Shown here in pieces: positions 8,760-17,658 of a stretch of 64,000 nt of DNA. The notes beneath the pieces were generated by a model that did not search any database, had not been told where the DNA came from, and worked only from the letters and a program-made list of their open reading frames with translations. A program made the translations under genes and the position numbers. The DNA lies in IMG/VR virus record IMGVR_UViG_3300013105_000004, positions 13,973 through 77,972 of that record. One strand, written 5' to 3'. This DNA comes from a virus (Duplodnaviria; Heunggongvirae; Uroviricota; Caudoviricetes). How positions within the stretch are numbered: position 1 is the stretch's first letter; every line of letters begins with the position of its first letter.

Positions 8760-9113
8760 TTATTCACCGTACGCCGATTCGATTTGATTGCCGCAATACT
8801 CGCAAATCAAGTCTTTATCTTCCCAATTGATATCACATACCATTTCACCGTTATGTAATAAGTCACGCGATACGCTTTTGTACTCTTTCCGTGCGCAATC
8901 CATGCAAATGCAATCGCCGTCTTTATTCACGAAGAAAAGCGGATAACCGCCCGGCCATGCATACTTACCGTTACGAATAGTTGCCCGTAGTTCCAGCGTG
9001 GTATGGATGCGTTTAAACGTGTAGCTGTATTTCGGGCGGACTACGTTTAACCCTGCTTTGTGCATTAAGTCACCGAACGATTCAAACACATTGCCAAATT
9101 GATCGTAGCCCAT
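8760..9113 (-). CDS. hypothetical Cys-rich protein (probable Zn-binding)
   Basis: CICMDC...CEYCGN motifs. Confidence 0.5.
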   Translation of the reverse strand: MGYDQFGNVFESFGDLMHKAGLNVVRPKYSYTFKRIHTTLELRATIRNGKYAWPGGYPLFFVNKDGDCICMDCARKEYKSVSRDLLHNGEMVCDINWEDKDLICEYCGNQIESAYGE

Positions 9114-9409
9114 TATTTCACCTTAATTTCAAACTCAAAATGAGTCACTTGTTTAATCGTGATGCCGTAACGCGTCAGGAACGCACCGTAGGCGCTTGCA
9201 AGCGTTTGCCATGCGTCCGCATCGTCCGACATCCCCAAAAGCTCTAGGCGCTTATCTATCGCTTTCTCGTACGTGTCCGCGATGTTATCCGGCGTGACGC
9301 CAAAATCCGTTTGTTGAAATTCGCCCATAACGCGAATGATGAAAGACGATTTGCCATGCTTTCGAAAATACATTCCGATTGGCGAACCGTCATTGTTTAA
9401 TAACTTCAT
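9113..9409 (-). CDS. hypothetical protein (98 aa)
   Basis: ORF, coupled to upstream gene. Confidence 0.5.
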   Translation of the reverse strand: MKLLNNDGSPIGMYFRKHGKSSFIIRVMGEFQQTDFGVTPDNIADTYEKAIDKRLELLGMSDDADAWQTLASAYGAFLTRYGITIKQVTHFEFEIKVK

Positions 9410-9473
9410 TGCGGCATGCCTCCTATAAAAGAATCCGACAATGCCGACATTATCGGCATTAGCTGATTAGCTC

Positions 9474-9817
9474 TTACATTTCCTCATACGTTTTTGCGGC
9501 CCATTCAATGAATGGCGTAATTCCCAAACCATGCAACCCGTAACCGATTGCATCGCCAGCATATTCCAGCACGTGATTTTCCGAGTGTCCTAGCATCTTG
9601 GAAATCAGCACGCCGGTAATTGCTACTGTTGCGCCTGTAATCAGGCGATGCCGTAACGAATGCTCCTTTCCGAACATGGAATTGCAAACGGGCCGAATAA
9701 CGTTGATACGTGCAGCCAGTTTCATTACGAACGGCGTACGCTCTTGCGCTTGCGGCATGACGGACAGTTTGTTTTTACGGCGAAGTGGCGAGGCGTTATG
9801 ACGAAGCATTTTATTAT
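9474..9817 (-). CDS. hypothetical membrane-associated protein
   Basis: start at internal M with RBS GGAAAGGAATAATAAAATG; hydrophobic helix. Confidence 0.5.
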
Positions 9818-9831
9818 TCCTTTCCGGGTTA

Positions 9832-10446
9832 TTAGATATTGAAAAACGATTTGATGTCGTGATGTTTCTTACGCGACGGTGCATGCATATACATAACTTG
9901 CGTATTGCCTACCATTGCATTTAATGCGCTAACCTTGAATTCGGTAACGATGAAATCATTATCGGCCAGCCACTTAATGATTTTGTCGTCGTGCAACCAC
10001 ATACGCGCTTGTTCCACGCTTGCGAAGCCATAACGCCATTTCTGCGCGTCTTCAGTCAATGGCGTGCCGTGAAACATCATCCAAAGCGGATCAGGGTTAA
10101 TCAATCCGCGTGCCGACAATTGCCGCGCTAATTTGGTATCAACAAACGGCGACGGGTGGAGACGTTTATTTTTGCTGTTGTCGTAAAACGGGCATTCCCC
10201 CAAACCCGGATACGGTTCGCAGTTATACATACCCTTTCCGTTATTCTTGTTTTCGATCCGGTAAACAGTAACGGATTCAATCGGCCCCATATTCAGCCCG
10301 TCGCCGTTCATAATGGCTTTTGCTTCGTCCAATTCCGGAGGTTCAAAGTTATTGAGCATGGCCGGAAAGCACAGAATTTCGCTATCGCCGTTGAAAAGGG
10401 AAATTACCGCACCGTCCTCATCGTGTTTCATTTTGATTTTCAGCAT
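9832..10446 (-). CDS. hypothetical protein (204 aa)
   Basis: ORF in early operon. Confidence 0.55.
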   Translation of the reverse strand: MLKIKMKHDEDGAVISLFNGDSEILCFPAMLNNFEPPELDEAKAIMNGDGLNMGPIESVTVYRIENKNNGKGMYNCEPYPGLGECPFYDNSKNKRLHPSPFVDTKLARQLSARGLINPDPLWMMFHGTPLTEDAQKWRYGFASVEQARMWLHDDKIIKWLADNDFIVTEFKVSALNAMVGNTQVMYMHAPSRKKHHDIKSFFNI

Positions 10447-10516
10447 TTTGTTATTCCTCTTGGTTGGATTAGAGTAAATCTACGTATGCCACGCATTAAC
10501 ACGGGCATACATTGAG

Positions 10517-11058
10517 TTACGCCATTTCCAAAACTTCGCAATCGTCCGATACAGGCATATTCAAACGTGCGATGTAACCGGGCAATTGCGTTGCAACCCA
10601 CGCCATTTGATCGTCGGGGAATTCGCCGTTATGGGACATCGCGTAAATGCTTTGGCCGATAGTGTCGGCGTACATCATCAATGCTTCAAGCGAATCATGC
10701 CCGAATTCCTCTTGAACTTCTTTCACGTGGATTGCACCGATTGCAATCTCTTCAGCCGTCGTAAATCCTTTGTTCAAGACGCAATGCAAAACGTCATGCC
10801 AGAAACGGAAAGCGTAATTTGCGCCGGGATTGTTATAAATCGTTTTGTCGCTTTGCCCGTTCCACACTGGCAAGGCCATACGGGACGATTTAGAGGCGTT
10901 CCACGCCGTTTTAAGCTCGTCATAGTCATTCGGTGCATTCGGTACATCGACGTAGCCAAAACCTACCTTAGCGGCCGCCTCGCGTGCTTTGACGATAACG
11001 AAGTTGGACAGGTTACGGCGTGCCGATTCGATATTGTTGATATGTGCGAAAGTCATTT
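10517..11058 (-). CDS. hypothetical protein (180 aa)
   Basis: start MTFAHINN at 11058; ORF track N-terminal extension overlaps hairpin element. Confidence 0.5.
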
Positions 11059-11148
11059 TGTTCCCTAGTTGTTTTTGATTGTCCGGATAAGAGAATCCGA
11101 CATAACGCACGGATGCGTTAGCATCCATACGCTATAGCTGATTAGCTC

Positions 11149-11409
11149 TTAATTGTGGGGTTTTTCCTTTTCAAGCTTTTCGCCGGTTCCACTGAAAATG
11201 TAATGGCTCCACCATTCGCCGTTCTGGTAACTCCACATTGCGCACGAGCGATAAACGATTTCCGGTAAACAGTGGGGCATATTGGCCGAACCAACAAACT
11301 TAACCACAGTACCGGCCCCGATGCTTTCAACCTGCGCTATTGCCTCTTCAGGTGTATCAAAATCTTGATACGTGGTTGCCGTCGATGCGTTGAATTTGAT
11401 GCTATGCAT
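11149..11409 (-). CDS. hypothetical protein (86 aa)
   Basis: ORF. Confidence 0.45.
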   Translation of the reverse strand: MHSIKFNASTATTYQDFDTPEEAIAQVESIGAGTVVKFVGSANMPHCLPEIVYRSCAMWSYQNGEWWSHYIFSGTGEKLEKEKPHN

Positions 11410-11410
11410 T

Positions 11411-11650
11411 TTAAATCCCCTTATATGCGATCAATTCGCCATTGAAGTTATAGACATGCGTAGCTCCGAACTTGCGAGCGTCATAGCATTTAAGCCATTC
11501 GATTGCGGCATTATAGGACCATGCCGAATGTACCGTTTTGAAATGAGAATTGCGGATAGTGTACGGTGCAAGGCAATTTGCGCTTTCCACGATAAACGAG
11601 ATAAGCGCTTTTTTGAATTTCTTCATTATTTCCCCTTGATTAAACATCAC
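11411..11650 (-). CDS. hypothetical protein (79 aa)
   Basis: ORF. Confidence 0.45.
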   Translation of the reverse strand: MMFNQGEIMKKFKKALISFIVESANCLAPYTIRNSHFKTVHSAWSYNAAIEWLKCYDARKFGATHVYNFNGELIAYKGI

Positions 11651-11687
11651 ACGACATAGCGCACATAATGCGCTATAGCTTGGAATG

Positions 11688-11828
11688 TTAAAGGCCCATA
11701 AACAACATCATGCAATCAAAGTAAATTGCCTCATCAAACGACGGAGGCAAGTTATCCATGTGTTGCATTTCCGCCGCCTGAAATTCCGGCGACATTTGCC
11801 AGATACTAATTTCCCAATTGATAAACAT
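11688..11828 (-). CDS. hypothetical small protein (46 aa)
   Basis: RBS AAAGGGTAAACGATG; not in ORF track. Confidence 0.3.
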   Translation of the reverse strand: MFINWEISIWQMSPEFQAAEMQHMDNLPPSFDEAIYFDCMMLFMGL

Positions 11829-11831
11829 CGT

Positions 11832-12041
11832 TTACCCTTTCACGGTTACGGGTTTGCACATTTCGCGTGCCGTGCCCAATGCATCGACATAATCCGGCGT
11901 GAAATAATCGGCCGGTTCGTAATGTTTGCCATGCTCGTGCAACTGGCAAACATATTCGGCCGTTTCGGCATCCTTGCGGATATAGACAGAACGGCCCGTT
12001 TTCGCGACATCCGGTAATTGGACAATTTGAACCAAGCGCAT
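11832..12041 (-). CDS. hypothetical protein (69 aa)
   Basis: ORF. Confidence 0.45.
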   Translation of the reverse strand: MRLVQIVQLPDVAKTGRSVYIRKDAETAEYVCQLHEHGKHYEPADYFTPDYVDALGTAREMCKPVTVKG

Positions 12042-12106
12042 TTTAGTACCTCCGTTTTAAACATCACATACAAAAGCGCTAACCCGTAGCGCTTTAATCT
12101 GAAATG

Positions 12107-12322
12107 TTAGAATTTTGTGGGCAATCCGATCAACCCCAATTCGTTCCATGCACGATTTGCCCGTTGCAAGTTGTTTTGCAAGTTCGGACCGTTTACAGCA
12201 ATCGACATTCCGTAATCTTTAGCGGCCGTTGCATATTCAGTAATCAGGGTTGCCAATTCTTTTTGCTGTTCCGGCGTCATTCCATTCATGATTGCGGAAC
12301 GCAAGTCTTTATGTGCTTTCAT
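12107..12322 (-). CDS. hypothetical protein (71 aa)
   Basis: ORF. Confidence 0.45.
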   Translation of the reverse strand: MKAHKDLRSAIMNGMTPEQQKELATLITEYATAAKDYGMSIAVNGPNLQNNLQRANRAWNELGLIGLPTKF

Positions 12323-12332
12323 TTAATTACCC

Positions 12333-12536
12333 TTAGATGATGAATTCTTTATGATCTTTCACGCCGAACAACCCCGCATATTCCATCAATGCGGCACGTT
12401 GCGCTTTGGTGCGAGATGCCCGAATCAATGCGGACAAGCCACGCGCCACGGTATCAGTCATGTCTCCGAACGCATGGTAGATCGCGAGACGTTCAATTTC
12501 TTTGACTTGCGATTTGTTCAAGACTTCGATTCCCAT
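12333..12536 (-). CDS. hypothetical protein (67 aa), first gene of leftward early operon
   Basis: ORF. Confidence 0.45.
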   Translation of the reverse strand: MGIEVLNKSQVKEIERLAIYHAFGDMTDTVARGLSALIRASRTKAQRAALMEYAGLFGVKDHKEFII

Positions 12537-13128
12537 TTTCTACTCCGTCAGGTGATAAATTCGGAATCGCTATTTCTAACGATTCCTAGTTTTATCAACT
12601 GTGCTAGCGAATCATCACGATTGGCTAGTGTGATGCGGATCAACGGCACGCTTCCCAGCGTTCCTACCCGCCCAAGGGTACGCTTCCCAGCGTTCCCCGT
12701 GATTATGCCTAGTGCGTCCTCTTGAACGGCTATGACATCATTGTCTTACTGATGAATTGTTATAGAGCAGACTTATCGGCGCCCCCGCATTTGCTTTGTC
12801 CCGTGCTATCCATCTAGAGGCATCCGCCACTTCGCACGGGGTTAGCTCCTATGGCTTTGCCCCATCTCACTAGTAGCGTTCTGTACTAGTGAGACTCCAT
12901 TCTAAGGGCTGATTTAGGGATGCGCAATCCCTTTTCGAAAATAATTTGTAACAGGGATTCGGGCCAGTCCGTGAGCCCAAAAGGAAAAGGCGCGCACGTG
13001 CATGCACAGGCGTACGCGCACGCGTAGCAAGAACCGTGCCAAGGCCGATTTTCGGATACTGTGTTTTTATACAGTAAAACGCCGTAGAGACGTTTTTCGG
13101 GCATGGTTGATATGGCGGGCTAGGTCAC

Positions 13129-13918
13129 TGTGGATAACTCAATGGCGCCCCCTTAAAACGCGTTTAAACGCTATGCCATTGTGGATAACTTTTGCCCAAA
13201 ATCATGCGTTTTCGGGGTTGAGCATGTAAATCAGCCTGTTTATTTCTGTGAAATTTACATGAAAACCGCGTCACAATGGACGAGTTATCCACAGGCGATT
13301 CCGTGTTTTCCCTTTAAAATCAACAACTTGAGTCTTATACAAGAGCACATTTCAGTCTTATATAAGACATAGGACTACTCTTGTATAAGAGTGCTATGTA
13401 GGAAACATTTCGTTCTATCGTAGCAACATGGCACAGGTATTGCATAGGCAAGTAGCGTGCCAGTTAGCACTACTTACCACACTACGCCGGGACGGCGAAC
13501 TAAGGGACGCGGCGTCACATTCCGGTATGGCTCGTGCGCTGATACAGTGGGCATTCTGGTATGCGTGCCAGATGTAAGAAGCGTTACTTATGGGCAATGT
13601 AGCCCATCGGCCGACTATTGCCGAAAGGAAAAGTATTGCTAGGTTGCTAACACTACGTACGCCGGACGGCATCGCGTACTTTGCTATCGATTCCACCCTA
13701 GCGATAGGATTCGTTGTTTGCTATCGGTTCCTAGCAGTCGGTAGAAGATAGCGCTTTCCTATCGGCTGGCGTTATATGATAGGCGTTAGGCTATCGCCTG
13801 TGGATAACCTGCCGTCAGAGCAACATTGTGACCGAACGACCGTGCTATTTGACAAGTTGTCCACAGAACGGTCGTGCTTTTCCGTGGTTGTCCACAGGTT
13901 ATCCACATTTTATCCACA
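13129..13918. promoter_or_regulatory. DnaA-box cluster: perfect TTATCCACA at 13129-13137(-), 13180-13188(-), 13285-13293(+), 13799-13807(-), 13899-13907(+), 13910-13918(+); TTGTCCACA at 13857-13865 and 13888-13896
   Basis: six exact matches to the 9-mer DnaA box consensus plus two 8/9 matches within 800 bp of non-coding DNA. Confidence 0.7.
13333..13395. repeat. nested palindromes: CTTATACAAGAG inverted repeat pair flanking perfect palindrome GTCTTATATAAGAC
   Basis: read directly from sequence. Confidence 0.6.
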
Positions 13919-14000
13919 AAAAGTGCTTTTGAGCAACTTTCCACCGTTTCGGCCTGTTTCTGAGGGCGGATTGGCGGGTTTTCTCTTTAAGAAGAGACTC

Positions 14001-14080
14001 AAAAATTCCCCATCCCCTGTAGAAATTCTGACTTTTGAATTCCATATCGGATTTCGAAAACTATTCCACAAACGAAAACG
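14001..14080. repeat. ~80-bp direct repeat copy A (CCCCATCCCCT..TAGAAAT..TTTTGA.TTCCATAT.GGATTTCGAAAA..ACGAAAA)
   Basis: ~80% identical to copy at 16841-16920. Confidence 0.7.
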
Positions 14081-14131
14081 CCCCAGCAAGGGCCGGGGCG
14101 CGTTTTGGCGGGAAATTTTACGCGGGGCGCG

Positions 14132-14728
14132 TCACACTACGGTCGAGCTGTCAAAACCGCTCAGGAGCGCGTTAAAGCCGTCCAGATCGTCTTCGCTGTA
14201 TGACCAGTCGGCCAGTGCTTCGGACCCGTCGTCAGCGTTCCCGAGGACGAACAGCATGTAGTGCGGCCGGAACCCTTCCTTCTTCACCCACACGTACGAG
14301 GTATCGAGGTTGAAGATCAGTTCCATCGCATCCTTGACTGTGGTAGCCTTCGTGCGTTCCTCGCCGTCGTACACGTTGTCGATAGTGAACCCTGCCTCCA
14401 ACACTTTCGTCAGGAGGGCATAAACAACCCGGCGTTCGTTCTTGGCACGGATGTGCATGGGACGATCTTGCCACAGGCGTTTGTCGATATCGAGGGCTGG
14501 ATAGCCGTGGTACACAACGCTGGTATCTACACCCTTGCAATCAAGCAGATAGCGAATGAACGCTGCTTCGAGCTTTGCCAACGTGTCGTCGTTTCGTACC
14601 GGGATTCCTTCCGTCCTCGCACGGAACGCCAGATCGTCCAACGCTTGCGAGATAATCATGCGCTCGCCTTGCGTCAACAGGTCGTCACGTTTCGCGAGCA
14701 TTTCGCGTTCACTAGCTGTCATGGGCAT
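14132..14728 (-). CDS. hypothetical protein (198 aa)
   Basis: leader CACCAACTAAGGAGGACTGAAATGCCCATG. Confidence 0.6.
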   Translation of the reverse strand: MPMTASEREMLAKRDDLLTQGERMIISQALDDLAFRARTEGIPVRNDDTLAKLEAAFIRYLLDCKGVDTSVVYHGYPALDIDKRLWQDRPMHIRAKNERRVVYALLTKVLEAGFTIDNVYDGEERTKATTVKDAMELIFNLDTSYVWVKKEGFRPHYMLFVLGNADDGSEALADWSYSEDDLDGFNALLSGFDSSTVV

Positions 14729-14762
14729 TTCAGTCCTCCTTAGTTGGTGAAATTACATCGTA

Positions 14763-14795
14763 CTACAAAAAATAAAGGCCCGCAATAGCGGGCCT
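14763..14795 (-). terminator. Rho-independent terminator (AGGCCCGC-loop-GCGGGCCT + TTATTTTTTG on - strand)
   Basis: hairpin plus T-run downstream of 14818..14979. Confidence 0.6.
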
Positions 14796-14817
14796 ATACA
14801 CTGGTAGCACTACTTAC

Positions 14818-14979
14818 TGAAACGCGTTGAAGAATTCCGACTGTTCCCGCTTATCGTTCTCGCGGGTCCACTGCTTACCGCGTTTCTGCGCCTGCTTCGG
14901 TTCCTGCTGTTCGCCACGCGGCGGACGCTGGTTGGAGTTCTTGCGGGTGATGCGTTCGAAATTGAAGTTGCCTTGCATG
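14818..14979 (-). CDS. small basic protein (54 aa, Arg/Lys/Gln-rich)
   Basis: leader CAACCAACTAGGGAGCAAGACCATG; not in ORF track. Confidence 0.4.
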
Positions 14980-15288
14980 GTCTTGCTCCCTAGTTGGTTG
15001 TGACGCCGTGCGTCGTTAAGTAGTGCTACGTATGATAGTGGCCGATGAAAAACCCGTCAAGGGTTTTGTGCAGAAATCAGCCGGGGAAGAATTTGTTGCG
15101 AGGACGCCACACGGACAGGCCGAGGGTGACATTGAGGCGATACCATGCCGGGGTTGGCTGGTTGACGACGCGCCAGATGGCGGGAATGTCGAGAAGAGTT
15201 TTCATATCACGTCGTAGGGGACAGGAGTTGATGGAAATCAAACGATATCACATCATCCTGTCCCGCACAACGGCTAACCCGTGCGGGT

Positions 15289-16140
15289 TTATTTCTTCTT
15301 AGCTGGTGCGGGCGAGCGTTGGAACTGGCCTTTCGCCCCTCGCGTGGACTTCGTAGCTGGAGCCGGGTCAGCTTTCGGTTGCTCTGCCGGAGCTTGTGCA
15401 GCCGGTTTTGTCTCCGTGTCGTGCAACGCCTGTGCAGCCTGTGCGAGCGGATCGGAGAACCCCGTCACCTGTGCCAGCATTTCCTTGCGTTTGCGCAACT
15501 CTTCTTGCGACTCGCGTTCGATCTGCTGTTCGAACTCCGCCGTCAGTTCCTTGCACGCCTGTTTCGTTGCCTCGTAATCCGTGGTAGCGTTCTGGATCGT
15601 GGCCGTCAGTTGTGCCATGTGTGCGTTCAGTTCCTTGATGCGGCGGAACATGGCAGCGCTAGGAGGTTCGTTAGGATCGACAGGAGCGGGCGTAGGAGCC
15701 GTCGAAGCAGGCAGTGCAGCCGGAACCTCGCCAGCCTTCGGCAAATCGCCTGTAGGGCCGCTAGGAGCGTTCTGTGCGTCGATGGGCTTGGCAGTACTCT
15801 TACGTTGCGTGGCCGGGGGTTGCTTGTCTTCGTTCACAACACTAGCCGGAGCCGTTGCAGCAGCCAGTACGTTAGGAAGCGGACGCGACGTACGCGGCAT
15901 ACGGTGCGTGATGCGGATCACCTGATCTTGCTTGCCCGTCGCTTGCTTGAAGCGTTCCATCAGGACGCGCTCGTCGTCAGCGGACAGGGGCGAGGTCATC
16001 TTGTAGTAGTCCAGCGGCATGAACTCCGGTTTGCCGGTGCCCCTCCACACTTGAATCTTGTTACCGTTGATCGAATCGCGCAGGAAGACGACCGGAGCTT
16101 GTTGTGCGGGGTCGAAGCGGCAGAGGATGTCGGTAGCCAT
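15289..16140 (-). CDS. hypothetical protein with Pro/Ala-rich linker and C-terminal coiled coil (283 aa)
   Basis: start MATDILCRF with RBS AAGGAAC; antisense ORF 15319..16170 discounted. Confidence 0.6.
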   Translation of the reverse strand: MATDILCRFDPAQQAPVVFLRDSINGNKIQVWRGTGKPEFMPLDYYKMTSPLSADDERVLMERFKQATGKQDQVIRITHRMPRTSRPLPNVLAAATAPASVVNEDKQPPATQRKSTAKPIDAQNAPSGPTGDLPKAGEVPAALPASTAPTPAPVDPNEPPSAAMFRRIKELNAHMAQLTATIQNATTDYEATKQACKELTAEFEQQIERESQEELRKRKEMLAQVTGFSDPLAQAAQALHDTETKPAAQAPAEQPKADPAPATKSTRGAKGQFQRSPAPAKKK

Positions 16141-16840
16141 GATGTAGTTCCTTATAAGGGTTTGCCCTGAAGGGCTTGGTGAACACAAGGTTTAACTGTT
16201 GCTTGCGTCCGTTGTTGCAGTGGACAGATCGAAGTTTATACCTAGTGAGGAAGATTGCAAGGGGTGAAATCAATCGTACAGCCAGTTTTTGATAAAAATA
16301 TGATAACAACGTTGTGACGATACAACAGAACACAAAAATAAAGTTTGGTTCACACCCACGTAACACTTCCTTCGTCCTATCTGTCCTACGTCGCGTAGGT
16401 TCGCTCCTACAAATCAACGAGTTACGTAAGAAACGAGGTAGCACTACTTGCATATCGATATGACAGGAGCATTACATATTTACTATCTTTGTTACGTAAA
16501 GATGGATATGCGTACAGTATTTTCAATCGTGCGGCATGCAGGACGCCACGGTTTCGTGTAAAGTGAGAAGTGGGTGGAAGATTACCTGTACTCAGAAACA
16601 CGGATTTTCTGCTTAAAAGTTGTTCAAAAAGCTAGGAAATTTAAGGTTTCCTAGCTGCTGCATTGTCTAAACGGAGGAAAACTAGCGAATACGTAGTGAA
16701 AAGACAACATTGCTTATAACATTTCTTATGAGAAACATCATAGGGGAGGGAGTTGCTTTACCTAAACATTTGATGTATTGGTAGCAACTCCTATGTAGTT
16801 GTTGATGTCAGTAGAGCTACCTATATATAAGAAAGAAGTA

Positions 16841-16920
16841 AAATTTTCCCCATCCCCTACAGAAATCGGGTATTTTGATTTCCATATTGGATTTCGAAAA
16901 TCGTCCGGAGACGAAAATAA
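16841..16920. repeat. ~80-bp direct repeat copy B
   Basis: matches 14001-14080. Confidence 0.7.
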
Positions 16921-16963
16921 GTAGCACTACCTACTTGACACCGGAAAAAATTTCACGGAAAAT
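16921..16963 (+). promoter_or_regulatory. promoter-like: GTAGCACTAC motif + TTGACA (16935-16940), 17-nt spacer, weak -10 GAAAAT
   Basis: architecture shared with other + strand promoters. Confidence 0.45.
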
Positions 16964-16996
16964 GCGAACCACACCAACCAACCGAAGGAGAGAACA

Positions 16997-17314
16997 ATGT
17001 TTGACAAGGCCCAACTGCAACAACAGATCGACATCCTCAAGGAAGTGAAGGAACTGCGCCAAGCGCAAAGCAACGATTCGCCGTACGTTTGCGACAACAT
17101 CAACTGCCAACTGGAGTACAACACCACGGACGCTGGAGTGGCGATCTGCGATGACATCAGCAAGTACATCGATAATCATTTTGGCGTCCAGAACTGGCTC
17201 AGCGACAAGAACGGCAAGCACTACGACAACTACGACCCGATTGTCGAAGCTGCACGGATCGAAATGATCGATACCCTCATCGCACGTTACAATGCACAAC
17301 TGGAGGCTGCATAA
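16997..17314 (+). CDS. hypothetical protein (105 aa)
   Basis: leader CAACCAACCGAAGGAGAGAACAATG. Confidence 0.6.
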   Translation: MFDKAQLQQQIDILKEVKELRQAQSNDSPYVCDNINCQLEYNTTDAGVAICDDISKYIDNHFGVQNWLSDKNGKHYDNYDPIVEAARIEMIDTLIARYNAQLEAA

Positions 17315-17658
17315 TGTCCAATACGTACACCAAAGCGCAGCTCATTCGCATTTGCGAGAAGGCTAAGGAAATTTTGTGGAATGGTAAAGGGCCATTCGCC
17401 CCGCACCGGAAGGAAGAGTATGTGTGCTTCGCGCTGACCAAAGCTACATGCTCCCTGCACGGGCGGTCCTGTTCCCGTCCGTATGAGCTGACGGAGCTTG
17501 TGAAACGTCACATCCATAACAACGTTTACCTGACGTGCTTCCTCCTCAGGAAGTTCGGGGATCATAAGGTAAACCTTATGACGAGCGAACAAATTCAGGC
17601 ATGGCGCTTCCTGATGCTGGACAACATGATTAAAATTCTCAAGGAGAAATCGACGTGA
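17314..17658 (+). CDS. hypothetical protein (114 aa)
   Basis: ATGA-coupled ORF. Confidence 0.55.
   Translation: MSNTYTKAQLIRICEKAKEILWNGKGPFAPHRKEEYVCFALTKATCSLHGRSCSRPYELTELVKRHIHNNVYLTCFLLRKFGDHKVNLMTSEQIQAWRFLMLDNMIKILKEKST

Noticed and set aside
13776-14261. ORF 13776..14261+ (161 aa) spanning DnaA boxes and repeat copy A
   Set aside because: It reads through iterated DnaA boxes and the 80-bp repeat, has no RBS, and shows low-complexity translation.
15319-16170. ORF 15319..16170+ (283 aa) mirror of the 15289..16140- gene
   Set aside because: The minus-strand frame has a strong RBS and the conserved leader. The plus frame is Arg-rich antisense.
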